Below are positions 25,067 through 36,631 of a DNA stretch of 64,000 nucleotides, in pieces (the stretch's first letter is position 1; each line of letters opens with the position of its first letter). The notes below the pieces were generated by a model. The model did not search any database. It was not told where the DNA came from and worked only from the letters and a program-made list of their open reading frames with translations. Origin of the DNA: Calcarisporiella thermophila CBS 279.70 (Eukaryota; Fungi; Calcarisporiellomycota); assembly GCF_041956535.1 (NCBI RefSeq), contig NW_027192212.1, forward strand, positions 388,970 through 452,969, read 5' to 3'. The translations under genes and the position numbers were made by a program.

Positions 25067-26065
25067 ATGTCGGACGCGCAGCCTCAACCTTCTTCTCCCG
25101 CTCTCCAACAGTCGGCTTCGAAGCCGATTCAAGTGAAGCTTGTTCTGCTTGGTAGGTTAAATGCATTTGCTTTGTCGAAATAGGTGCTTTTGTTGCCTCT
25201 TGGCACCTTTAGGATGATTTATTGGGTGCTTATTTTTGATAATTATCCGTGTACAGGTGAAGCTGCTGTCGGAAAATCCAGTCTGGTTCTTCGATTTGTG
25301 AACAATGAATTCCAAGAAAATAAGGAGCCCACTATCGGAGGTACTAATAAATCACTTGTATATTGGATTTTGTAATCGTTTTCTGATGAGTTTATTCGCA
25401 AAAAGCCGCTTTTTTGACCCAGAAATGTCGACTTGAGGATAGAATCTTAAAATTTGAGATCTGGGACACTGCAGGCCAAGGTATGCGCTTCACCCCGCAA
25501 AGGTGTACTTTCAAGTATTCTGACCTTTAGCCATCATAGAGCGATTCCACTCCCTTGCCCCTATGTATTACCGCAATGCACAGGCTGCAGTCGTTGTATA
25601 CGATGTCACCAAAGCAGTAGGTTTTATGCCAGCTTTTCTCTGTCTTAACATAGTCATCTAATGATTTTTTTACACTAGGCATCTCTGGATCGCGCCAAAT
25701 CTTGGGTGAAAGAACTACAGCGCCAAGCTAATCCGAATATTGTAATTGCCCTGGTCGGAAATAAACTTGACTTGGTTGATGCCTCAAATGGAGAGGCACT
25801 GGATGTGCGACAGGTTGCGAGCGAGGATGCGCAAGCGTATGCAGAAGAAACCGGCCTCCTGTTTTTCGAAACGAGCGCAAAAACCGGTCAGGGTGTAATG
25901 GACGTATTTACGGAAATTGCAAAGAAAATTCCCCTTGAACACATTCTTTCTAGCTCCCGTGCGAACCGTGCGACCACTTCTGGCCGTGTGGATTTACTAC
26001 GCGAAGGGGGTGGATTTGGGCGTGCACGAGGAGAGGCACAGGGTAATAATGCCTGTGCTTGTTAA
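25067..26065 (+). CDS. VPS21: Rab5-family GTPase (Vps21/Ypt5-like), 5 exons
   Basis: KLVLLG|[19 protein letters not shown]|AAFLTQ, WDTAGQ|[28 protein letters not shown]-terminal CAC prenylation motif. Confidence 0.93.
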
Positions 26066-26447
26066 CTAGATTTTATACTGTTGCTTCTCTCTTCCTTTTG
26101 ATATTTGTGGTTTCTTTTCTGTAAATTTCTTCTATGTATCCCCTCCATTCACATTTCTTAAAGAAATTTGACTAAATAAGAGATATATATACGAATTAGC
26201 CTTTGCCTAAATACAGTAGGCCTATTCTCCCCTCTTCCCTCCTTCCCTTCTCTTCCCCCTTCTCAATTTTTTTTTTGTCTTTACCTTCCCTTTTCTTTGT
26301 TTTCGTTTTATTTTTCATACGAATCGAAATACCGCTCTACTTCAAAACAGCTCTATTAAAATTTTCCGGCACGTGTGATTTAATGTGTAAAATCTCCGTT
26401 AGAGGAAACATAAAATTACATGTTTTTCCAATTACACTCTTTACGAA

Positions 26448-27298
26448 ATGGGTCACTTGCTGACGGCCAGCCTGGTTGGAAGCACCGTTGCCCTTGTCGC
26501 GGGTCTCTCCACCGCAATTCCCACTTATCTTGTACTTACAGGGCAAATCTCCGCTGACACCCTTGCCAAGATATGTGGACAAGTTTATAGGCAATATAGT
26601 GGGAAAGTAGACGAAGGGAAATGGATTTGGCGGAGCGTAACAAAGAAGTATATATGTGTTATAATAGGGTAGAATAAGAGAATGTGGGCATGACTAGGCG
26701 TTATTACATATAGCCATATGCCTGTAGACGCCTATTGTGCCGGGATGAACAATGGACGTCGTGTATATGTGGGAAGGTGGACTTTAGTGCTCTTTCTAGT
26801 AAATAGATTCAAAGTGAACATTTACATATACTTATGCATTCCGCTGCAATTTAGAGTCGAGTTTGCGGGCGAAGTATATGTAGGCTCAGTGATGCAAGAT
26901 AAGGGACTTGCTACAGTGCTAAGAGGTCAAGAAGTCATCCTCACTGATTACGAGGTACTTTGTGGTGATTACTCGCACTTCCAGTGGATAATATCCCCGA
27001 ATCTTAAGGCTCATTCACTGATTGAATGTGGGAAAGGAGTAAGTTGCTTACAATGACTTTTCATAAGACAAGATGATACAATCAAACTTTTGATTCCCAT
27101 TTCTAGCTCTATATATGCAAAGTTCAATGCCCCCATGCCCTTGAGAAATCCTGGCTACCAAGGCTAGTTGTCCGGCAACGTAGTATCAAATTTCATATCG
27201 GCTGTGTACGTGCAGGTGTGGGGGCAAAATTTTGCTGCCGTGGGAGAGAAACAACCAGCGATGAATGTGTTGGAGTGCTTTCTTTTAAAAACAGCTGA
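26448..27298 (+). CDS. DM9-repeat (DUF3421-like) protein with hydrophobic N-terminus, 4 exons
   Basis: Exons 26448-26647, 26714-26776, 26855-27038, 27107-27298. Spliced product W.W...NHMPVDAYCAG...RRVYVGRVEFAGEVYVGSV...GQEVILTDYEVLCG..FQW...LYICKV fits the DM9 pattern (W..P.NA..GG...YVGR...GKV...YEVL). Confidence 0.65.
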
Positions 27299-27462
27299 TA
27301 GGTATACCTTGTTATATGTAAGCTCTCTTTTTCTATATATAATTGCTTCATTTACTCAGATGATCATTTGAAAGCGAAATTTTTGAATTAACGAATTCGA
27401 TGTATATATACACGAGTAAATATATTCTAAAATCACCAAAGTACAACGAAACACTTTTGCCA

Positions 27463-27793
27463 TTACTTATTCTTGGTTTGACGGTATGTGAAGCGCTTCC
27501 GGGTAGGCGCAAATTCTCCCAACTTGTGACCTACCATTTCTTCCGATATCTCAACTGGCAGATAATCGCGGCCATTATGAACCAAAAACTTGAGGCCGAC
27601 GAATGAAGGCAAGATCGTACATGCTCTTGCTGTAGTAATAATTAAATAAATAAATAAAAAATGACATGGAAAAGACAAAATTATAGAAAATAAGAATTAT
27701 ACCTTGAGTGGCTATGGGAGTACTATTTTTGATGGCTTCTTTAAGGCCGGGAAACTGCACAAAAAATGGCCCTTTCCAAGCAGCTCGTGGCAT
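27463..27793 (-). CDS. RSM19: Mitochondrial ribosomal protein uS19m, 2 exons
   Basis: [11 protein letters not shown]...TQ|[43 protein letters not shown]. Confidence 0.95.
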
Positions 27794-27865
27794 CTTGTGT
27801 AAATCTTGAATCCGTCTTTGATGACAGTCGAAAATAATTGTTTTGTTTTAAAAAATGTCACAGAG

Positions 27866-27873
27866 CAGTCACA
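27866..27873. promoter_or_regulatory. Homol-D-like box (CAGTCACA)
   Basis: Exact CAGTCACA 73 bp upstream of the RSM19 ATG. Homol-D is an established fission-yeast ribosomal-protein promoter element. Confidence 0.45.
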
Positions 27874-28507
27874 TTAGCAGTGATCATTGATTCCAACTGA
27901 CAAATATTTTACTACATTAAAACAGTATTTTAACAGAAAACTAGTTGAATGCTTGCCTTTACTCCTTTAGTGTATATATCCCCTTAATGTATATATTTAC
28001 ATATTTTTTTTCTTGAAACACCTTGAACGGAGATATTTCTTATCATCTACATTTATCAGTCCCATTGGGCGATATTAGAGTAAAATAAGTCAAAATCTGT
28101 ACTAAGATTGAGATTAAAGTATTGTTTGTCATCGACTTAATTAGTCGCAAACATGGATACAATATTACAATGTAAATTGATGAGAGTAATCTTAAAGTTA
28201 AGGACAGGTTCATAAAACTTTTTTATACAAAGTTACATTATGCGATTCCACTATTAACAACAAATCCCTGCGCATAATCCACATGGCATCAGCTTTGCTA
28301 TAAGAATATGTTCATCGCCACAGGCGCCATTATCATACAATGTTGGATCGAATTCCATCTGCCGCTCAGATAAGATGGTTTCCTGTGGAATTCTGGTTCG
28401 ATGTAGTATCTCTACACTTTCTCTTCCGTATATACACAAGCTGAATCCCGAGCGAGACACTCTTAGGTTCACCACCTCCCATACAGCATGTATCCACTAT
28501 TACTAGT

Positions 28508-29197
28508 CTAAGATCTGATAGTTATCGCCCCCGTGTTTTTTTCATGGGACTCTGATGGATGATAAGAGATCGTTGATCCAGTTTCCATTTGTGAAGGCTT
28601 GTGTACTCCGTGATGTTCAATTTCGTAACTTAAGGCAAGTGAACAAGCTTCGCTCAAAGTACTCGGTGACTTCATTCGAACTTGGAACCGGCAGTGGTGT
28701 TTCAAGCCATCAATGAAACGCTCTAGTGCGGCATCCTCAGTAAGTTGGAGGCGGTGAGTAAGATCCTGGAACTGCTCAATATATTCATTAACTGAATGAT
28801 CCTGACGAAGCATTTTTAAGCGCTGGCGCAGAATCTGTTGACATTCCGTGTCGAAAGATGGTTCGAAATGTTCCTCAGCCGAACTCGTGCTTGATGTTTC
28901 CTGAATATCATCTAATGGAGTTGCGAGTTTGCAAGGTGAGACATTGGAAAGGGTCTCTTTGAGATCGCTAGAAGGATTGGGTGAGATGTCCTGGTTTCCC
29001 AAGGAGTTGATCTGGGCACAGGATGCCACCGCTTTACTTTTTACCACTGCTGGTGATCTTATTCTTTTGCCTAGGTCATGGGATTTTCCAGCACGACTTA
29101 CAAGAGTTGTGTTACAAGGCTGTTTTCTCAACTCTTGTTTATGCCGAATAAGCCTAGAGAATGCTAAGATGAATTGAGAAATTGAGATTGGATCCAT
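28508..29197 (-). CDS. Retrotransposon gag-like protein (capsid C-terminal domain)
   Basis: LKMLRQDHSVNEYIEQFQDL (major homology region), RFIDGLK, PSTLSEACSLA, followed by a PxxME-like motif (PSQMETG). No zinc knuckle. Confidence 0.75.
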   Translation of the reverse strand: MDPISISQFILAFSRLIRHKQELRKQPCNTTLVSRAGKSHDLGKRIRSPAVVKSKAVASCAQINSLGNQDISPNPSSDLKETLSNVSPCKLATPLDDIQETSSTSSAEEHFEPSFDTECQQILRQRLKMLRQDHSVNEYIEQFQDLTHRLQLTEDAALERFIDGLKHHCRFQVRMKSPSTLSEACSLALSYEIEHHGVHKPSQMETGSTISYHPSESHEKNTGAITIRS

Positions 29198-29372
29198 TGA
29201 GTTATGTGAAGGATATGTTGATACTGCAGCATGAAATCAATACATATTTCAATTGATGTTATGGGTTTCCACGATTTATTCAGGGTTTTCCGGGGTTTTA
29301 GTTTTAAATTGTTTTAATCTAGAATTTGATTCATACGCGCTTATTCGATCGAAACTGCCAACTCCGATACTA

Positions 29373-29517
29373 TGTAATTATTAAGATCCACCAGAATTAC
29401 TACTCCGATTGAGGGGTGGTCAAAACTTCTTCAGCAATATCAGCTTCCATTTTATAGTACAATAGACAATACTTCCATCTATTCCATTAACTCTTTATTA
29501 TTTTCAGGCATATGACA
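29373..29517 (-). repeat. Putative 145-bp LTR
   Basis: Minus strand starts TGTCAT and ends ATTACA (imperfect terminal inverted repeat), contains TATAAAA, and abuts the PBS-like motif at 29372-29360. Confidence 0.55.
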
Positions 29518-30096
29518 GGATAGCTTAGTATTAGTTTAATATTATTAAGTTATGGAATAGATAAGTGGAATTTTCCATATTAAATACAAAATAATCACAA
29601 ATCAAAAATTTTCGAAATTAATTGAACATAACCCCTTGAATACTATGAAAAGAAAAAAAACATAAATCGCTACATCTATATATTTGCGAGAATATAAGTA
29701 GCATATTATAACCCGTGTTGTTTTCGAGTTTAAATGATTTATACTGAATATACTATATTGGAGTAATCTTTACCTAATATTTTATGTGTCCAAGTAAATT
29801 ATATAACATAATACAATAGTATTAAATGTCCTTTTGTCGCAAACTCGATCAGAAGAAATGCAAAGATAATTCATTAGGCACCATTAACTTTGTCTTTTGC
29901 AAATTCCTTATAATAAGGGAGTATAGTGAATATGAAAGAACCATTTACTTAATAAATATTGTAGAATAGCTTGAATAGAATACAAGGTAAAAGTCTGTTT
30001 GAGCTCTTTGTATTAAAATGTTTTCATTTTTTGAAAATAATGTAAAAATTCTTTGTATATAATCTTGTCAATTTCGATTATTTCAACAAGCTGAGC

Positions 30097-30168
30097 GGAC
30101 GGCTAGCTCAACGGTAGAGCGTGAGACTGCAGATCTTAAGGTTTCGGGTTCAAATCCCGAGTCGTCCT
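30097..30168 (+). tRNA. tRNA-Cys (GCA), intronless
   Basis: Acceptor GGACGGC/GTCGTCC, D-stem GCTC/GAGC, anticodon arm TGAGA-CTGCAGA-TCTTA, T-arm TCGGG-TTCAAAT-CCCGA, U discriminator. Confidence 0.96.
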
Positions 30169-30169
30169 A

Positions 30170-30177
30170 TTTTTTTT
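30170..30177 (+). terminator. Pol III oligo-T terminator
   Basis: T8 run directly after the tRNA. Confidence 0.85.
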
Positions 30178-31176
30178 AACCAGTTTAGAGGAAATGGGAC
30201 GAGAAGTCAATTCCTTCAATCTTGTGTGGATATGATGACCTTTACAAAATAGCATTTAATTTCTAACGATAAAACTGGAGGGTATTCTCTGGATATTATT
30301 TTTTTTTTCAATTACAAGCCCGCAGTTTTGACTGTTTCAAAATATAAAAAGGACGAATGTTCCATTGACAGTTGTACTGGACACAAACATTTAAACTGAA
30401 TCGATCGTAAAAAGAGCTCCATGGTACATATTAGCGAGAAAATATATATTGGAAATGTGTTGAAAAGGCTTGATATTCCTAATCTTTAATAAGAAAGCTA
30501 TTTTGCCCACGAATGTTTCAAGATCTTTGCTAATGCAAGTAAATGATTGAAATGACGATATTCAGCTGCCTTTCTTAAAACCTGTTTATTACAAAATGGC
30601 TTTTAAAACACGAGCTCAAGCGGATTAGAAGATGAAGATTGAGTCATAAGATATTGTGTGGCTTACACTTTACTTCCTTTGTAATTTGCAATATGGTATA
30701 TTATACGGGGGAAAAAACAAAATCCCGACTAACGACTGAATAGCCAATGGTATTTTGATTAGTATAGTGAGCTTTCTCTACAACTTACTTGCTGACTTAG
30801 CTAGTATACTTACTCTCAAATAACTGAATTATGCCTTTTATTCATCCATCCATTCATGGACGTTTCAAGAGTCAATTGACTCCATATTTCTACGTGCCAT
30901 TGCTCTATTTATCGAATCTCACGCTTTGAGGGTGCGATCTCAGTTGCTAATTGGTGACTCAAGAAACAATGCTGTGGAAAGTGCGATTGGCCTATTGGGA
31001 ATTGCAATGTTTTTATATCGTTGATGAAGATCGGTCAGTGTATAAGTTTTTCCGTATTAAGGTTTTTGTTATCCTCTCTAATATCGGTTTGTGTTAATAC
31101 TCACAACATTAGTAAGCGCAAACTGATATATATTTGTATCTCCCTGATTTTTAGCGCATTAAATACTCTTGGCTGA

Positions 31177-33038
31177 ATGCATGTGCGAAATACTTCACCC
31201 TCGGATGCCCCTGTATCCAAATCCCAGGAGGCATCTAGAATTGATGTTGAAGAGAACGGAAATTTGGCCATAAAAGAAGGGAGGAAGAGCGAATGTAAGA
31301 AGTTAGATATAGCGGGTTATAAATTGGAGCAAAAATCATCGCATGATGCTGAAAAGCCGGATAATGATCTAGACAACAAGTGTGTTGTTGACTTGGGAAA
31401 TGTACCGAGTTACTCGTCTGAGGATACTGCTAAGAACAACAAGTTGGATGAGGAGGATGCAATTTTACCGTTTGACCACCCGCGTGGGTGGTTTGTAGTG
31501 CTCTCTTCTTTTCTCGTCAATTTCTATTGTTTCGGAACAACTTACTCCTGGGGAGTATATCAAGAATATGACCTGAGCACCTTTTTCGCAAACCGATACA
31601 CAACCCTGCAGCTTTCATTTATTGGATCACTGAGCAATGGCCTAATGATATCCCTAGGAATTTTTGTCGATATTTTAATGCGACATATTGGATATCGGAA
31701 AACCATGCTCATTGGTTGTGCATGCACTACGGGAGCTTTTATTTTGGCCAGTTTCTCAACAGAGGTAAGTCGTTGATGAGCCAACCCGCTTCTATATATC
31801 TGCTATATGTGTATACGCCTTCATAGCTTTGGCAACTCTACCTTACCCAGGGGATATTAAATGGGATTGGCACATCCTTGTGTTTCTTTTCTTCTATCAC
31901 GCTGCCTGCTCAATATTTCCTCAAGCGAAGAGGACTCGCGACTGGACTCGCGGTTTCTAGCGGAGGTATTGGAGGTTTAGCCCTATCGCCAATGGTGCGC
32001 ACGCTAATCGACAAAGTCGGGTATCAATGGTCGCTTCGCGTACTGGCTTTCATAGGATTGGGGTTGCTTCCTATTGCGTCCATCTTCGTGCGTCCTCGAC
32101 TCAGGACAGCGAGACCAAAATCTAATAAGAAGGCGAAGTTGGTGGACTTCTCCTTCATGACCCCACGCCTAGTCCTACTTGTTGGGTGCGGCTTTTTCAT
32201 CAGTTTTGGATTTTTCACTCCCTTCTTTTATGTCAATACCTTTGCACTTCATATCGGCGTGGATCGTACTTTGGCCGCTACACTTACAGGTAGATTTTGA
32301 CATGAGAGAAGCATGATGAAATACCGATTTATATCCACATTCTTTAATAGGGGTGATGTCCGGAGTCAATAGCTTGGCGCGGGTAGTTATTGGACTTTCT
32401 GCCGATTATTTGTAGTGTATTTGTAAATGTTCTTCAAACATGTGCTCACTAATAACTTGTTGCACGACTTTACTATATTCTGGTTCTCTAGTGGACGAGT
32501 CAACACAATGCTCTGGAGCACCATGGTTTCCGGGTTGGCCGTAATGATAGTATGGCCATTTGCCAATTGCCTAGGGATTCTTGTAGTCCTCACCATATTA
32601 TATGGATGGTTTGGAGGTGAGAGTTAGCTTATCTTTTTAACAGTTCTGCAATATCAAAAAATACGCGGACTAAACAATTATCATCGACTTCTTGCGACCC
32701 CCCTTAATAGGAGCATTTATTTCATTGTATTCTGTAATCATCGCTGATCTTGTCCCTCCTTACGCTATCAACACTGCCGTCAGCCTAATCTACACCGTTT
32801 TTATTTTTGGATATGTATTCGGTAAGTGAATAGTATTGCTCTGAATATTCAAACTCTGACTTTTCACCTGTTTTCAACGCTACCAGGTCCCCCTATATCT
32901 GGTGCATTATTAGACATGACCGGAAGACAAAATTATATTCCACTTGCGGAATTTGCGGGAGCAGTAACCGTGGTAGCCTCACTCTTCATTCTTGCGCTTC
33001 GGTTCTCTCTTGACCGGAATTTGTTCAAGAAATTCTGA
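31177..33038 (+). CDS. MFS monocarboxylate-porter (Mch-like) transporter, copy 1
   Basis: RGWFVVLSSFLVNF, SWGVYQEY, LWQLYLTQG, QYFLKRRGLATGLAVSSGGIGG, GPPISGALLD. Multi-exon. Confidence 0.9.
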
Positions 33039-33596
33039 TCAAATACGGACCAACCTCTCCTCCGAGATTTTCATCAGTGTCTTGCTTCAACGGATTAATG
33101 AAAATTATAATTGTATTGTATTTATATTTATTTACATTTCCCCACATTTTTCTAATAAAAAATACCACCAAATATCCCAACTCGGAAATCCCTGTTGGGG
33201 ATAACCATAGCACCAACCTCCCACGTGATAACTTTGAACTATAGAGAAAATCCGCACTAGACTTAGTAGGAGGGTTTCGGTCTGTGAAACCCGTCTGTAC
33301 ATGAGAAAAAGTAACTGGCAAACACAAACTAATCGCAAAATTCGCGGCAGCACAGATGCTAAGAAAAATGATTTATTTAGTCCATTGAATCAACAAGTAT
33401 ACAGAACAGATTTCGGCCAATTACCGACTACTCTTGAAAAGGTTTTGTATTTAAATTTCGTGCTCACTTAATTAAGTTAACAATACAAACCTTTAAAACC
33501 TTTCATGTATACACCTTTCTATTATCTGTCTACTACTGCTGAACTAACTAAAGGGTATAATCAGTGTAGAGCCAACCCCATCCAATTATATGGAAA

Positions 33597-35494
33597 ATGC
33601 AACCATCGAAGGCTCTTATTATTCCGGTGCAAACAGAAGGCATCACTGAAAAGGCACCAGGTGGAGCGGATATAGGGGAAGCAGCAAAAGACTCGAGTGT
33701 ATTCACAGATGTGAAACCGTTGGGCTCTAATGAAGGCTCTGGCATAAGAGAGAAGAGTGCTAACGATAAGAGTTATTGTGGGAGACAGAGCCAAGTCAAC
33801 ATGGATGCCTCCTGTCCCCCCTTGGACAGTAGAATCGGATGGCTGGGAGTAGTTAGTTCTTTTCTTGTGTAGGCAACAGAACTAATACCATTCATTAATT
33901 AGAGACGATTTCACTTTGTATATATATAATTTTACAACAGAAACGCTTACTGCTTTGGCGTAACATTCTCCTGGAGTATATACCAGACGGAATACCTTAG
34001 CAATGTTTTTGCTGGCGAATACACTACACTCCAAGTAGCTTTTGTAGGCTCACTTACGCAGGCAACTCTGACTTTCTTTGGCGTGTTCAGTGATGTTTTT
34101 ATCCGGAATTTTGGCTATCGTAAGACAATGATTGTTGGCACTTTCTTCTGCGTCGCCTCGCATATTGTTGCAAGCTTTGCAACAAAGGCAGTATTTGTTA
34201 CAGCCTGGTTGAGAAGCGTGGCCTAATATCTCTATTATTCCTCCGATATACATAGCTCTGGCACATATTTCTTACCCAAGGCTTTCTGTTTGGACTTGGC
34301 ATTTCACTAGTGTAGAGTATATTTTGAGGAAATTGTGGTCGAGACAATTGTTCCAGCTCTTTACTTTTCAATAGCTATTTTCCCTCAATCTCTCTCCCGG
34401 CTCAACACTTCGAGAAAAAACGCGGCGTCGCAATGGGGGTCGCACTTTCTGGAAGCGGATTAGGAGGGTTGGCCTTTTCACCCTTGGTGCGGTTTCTCAT
34501 AGACCGTGCTGGCCTTCAATGGTCTCTTCGTGCGCTTGCTTTGCTTGGCCTTATCTTTCTGCCCATAGCCGTGTTTCTCGCCCGTCCTCGTGTTACGTCG
34601 ACTTCTCGACGCAGCGCTAACGGACGATATATTAATATCGATTTCCATGTCATTAATACCAAATTAGTTTTGCTACTGTGTTGCACGTTTTTCAATAGCT
34701 TCGGCTATAATACACCCTATTTCATGTTGAACGGGTACGCGCGATTTATTGGGATGAACGCGGATATGGCTGCAATATTAACTGGTAGTGCACCAAACTC
34801 TTTTCTTTTCATATGAAAAGTGCATTGAAGATTTATTTTTCTCTTGTAGGAATTATGCCCGGAATTAACTCAGTAGGACGGGTTGTCTTAGGACTCGCGT
34901 CAGATTATTTGTATGCTCTCACGATTCTTTCCTCTTAAAATAAGAGCCTTATTCTCTGTGTAATTAGTGGTTGCGTGAATACACTCTTTTTGAGCCTTTT
35001 CCTCACTGGAGCAATGGCTATGATTCTGTGGCCGTTTGCGAGCACATCGGGAATACTTATCGTCTTCGCAGTCACATATGGCTTTTTTGGAGGTTATATG
35101 AAAATTTTGTTTTACAGTCACTTAGAATATCGACCAGTTGCCGTTATCAGTATTTGAATAACCTTGAACTATATAGGTGGCTACATGACCGTTTTCCCAA
35201 CTGCCATCGCGCGCTTTGCCGCAGCAAAAGATCTCAATTCGGCTATGGGACTAATATATTCGATAAACACTTTCGGCTATCTTCTTGGTAATATTAGCCC
35301 GGTTGATTGCTACCTGAATTTGCACTAACAGCAAAATACTAGGCCCACCTATTGCTGGGTTTCTCTTTGATATGACCCATAGTACAAGCTACCTCCCTCT
35401 CTCCGAGTTCACCGGTGCCATGATTATGTTGGCGGCGTCCTTTGTTCTTGCTTTACGGTTCAAAGTCAACAAGAACTTCATTGACAGGGTTTAA
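33597..35494 (+). CDS. MFS monocarboxylate-porter (Mch-like) transporter, copy 2 (tandem paralog)
   Basis: IGWLGVVSSFLV|NAY, LWHIFLTQG, QHFEKKRGVAMGVALSGSGLGG, GPTIAGFLFD. Stop TAA at 35492-35494. Confidence 0.88.
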
Positions 35495-36631
35495 AGAGAT
35501 CCTGTATGTGCCTTTTTGGATATCGGGCTATATTCCCTGATTCCAATATTGCCAACCTGAGGCGGTAGTTCTGACATATGTACTTTATAATTGGTCGGCG
35601 AGACTATTTTTGACACCACTATATCTATTAGAAATACTGATTTTATTACACCTAACTGAGTCTTAACAAAGCATTAAATGAACATTAATTCGGTTTGTAT
35701 GCGACAAAACCGATGGGTATAAATATTTTTCTCTCTATACTTGCAAACAATCTTTAGAGTTCATATTATATCGGCATTCCTCTCGTTCCCTAAACTCATT
35801 TGATATTTTAAAGTAAAAAGACTCGACTTCTGTGGTCGGCAACATTTGCTGAATTTGATACTTTCGGGTAAAATTTTGGTGAATATTCTAGTTTATGCTT
35901 ACATCGATTCGGTATTCTCCATAGGCGAGCCTATTGTAGATTCTCACGGAAAAAAGCAACTCAGTGCACTTCATAGAGTTTAAATATGTAGCATCAGGAA
36001 ACACGTTCGCACCTATAATATGCCACAAGAAGAAGTTTTTCTTTCAAAAAAGAGTGTATTTCTTGAAGAGTTAAGGTTCCTGTACCTTAAAAAAACATCG
36101 GGCGTATACGCATTTGTCTTAAAAGATATGCAAAGAGCTAGCTTGGAAACTGAAACAACTGACGACAGAGAGGTCTACGTCACTCTAATTTTTCAAATCA
36201 AATCCACGCGAGACTAGATAATTCTTTTTGCCGCTTTGTTAGGTTTTGCTATCCTCCACACCCTGGATATTATTCTGCTGTAAAACTTTCCACGTTAGAT
36301 CTGTGGAGAATTGAACACGCAATTCTGGGGCAACAGAAAGAAGGGCTGCTAACGAGGTGTGCGGTCTCAGCAATCCTCTAAATCATTATTGCGATCTTGC
36401 CACCACTGCGTGGCAGCTAAAAAATCTCTGTGAATTGATCGACTTGTCATTGGTCATAACCGTTATTTTGAAGAGTGAGTATTTTAATTACTCTTGTTTA
36501 ATCCCATGCTTGATTCCCGATCCCGATTCTTCTTTCCATGTTCTCACACCGTTCTCCCAATTTTGTTCTAGATCTTCATTCAAACTCATCTTCGCATCGG
36601 ATCTATTCTATAAAGTGAAATTCTGCCAATC

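Larger units (their letters stand above)
28366..29517 (-). mobile_element. Truncated Ty3/gypsy-type LTR retrotransposon (5' LTR, PBS, gag, possible degenerate protease)
   Basis: TG...CA-bounded segment 29517-29373, immediately followed by PBS-like TAGTATCGGAGTT, then a gag ORF. No RT, integrase or second LTR seen. Left boundary is approximate. Confidence 0.7.

Noticed and set aside
34188-34193. Possible GC-AG intron in MFS copy 2
   Set aside because: A canonical in-phase GT donor lies 3 nt downstream; this cannot be decided without reads.
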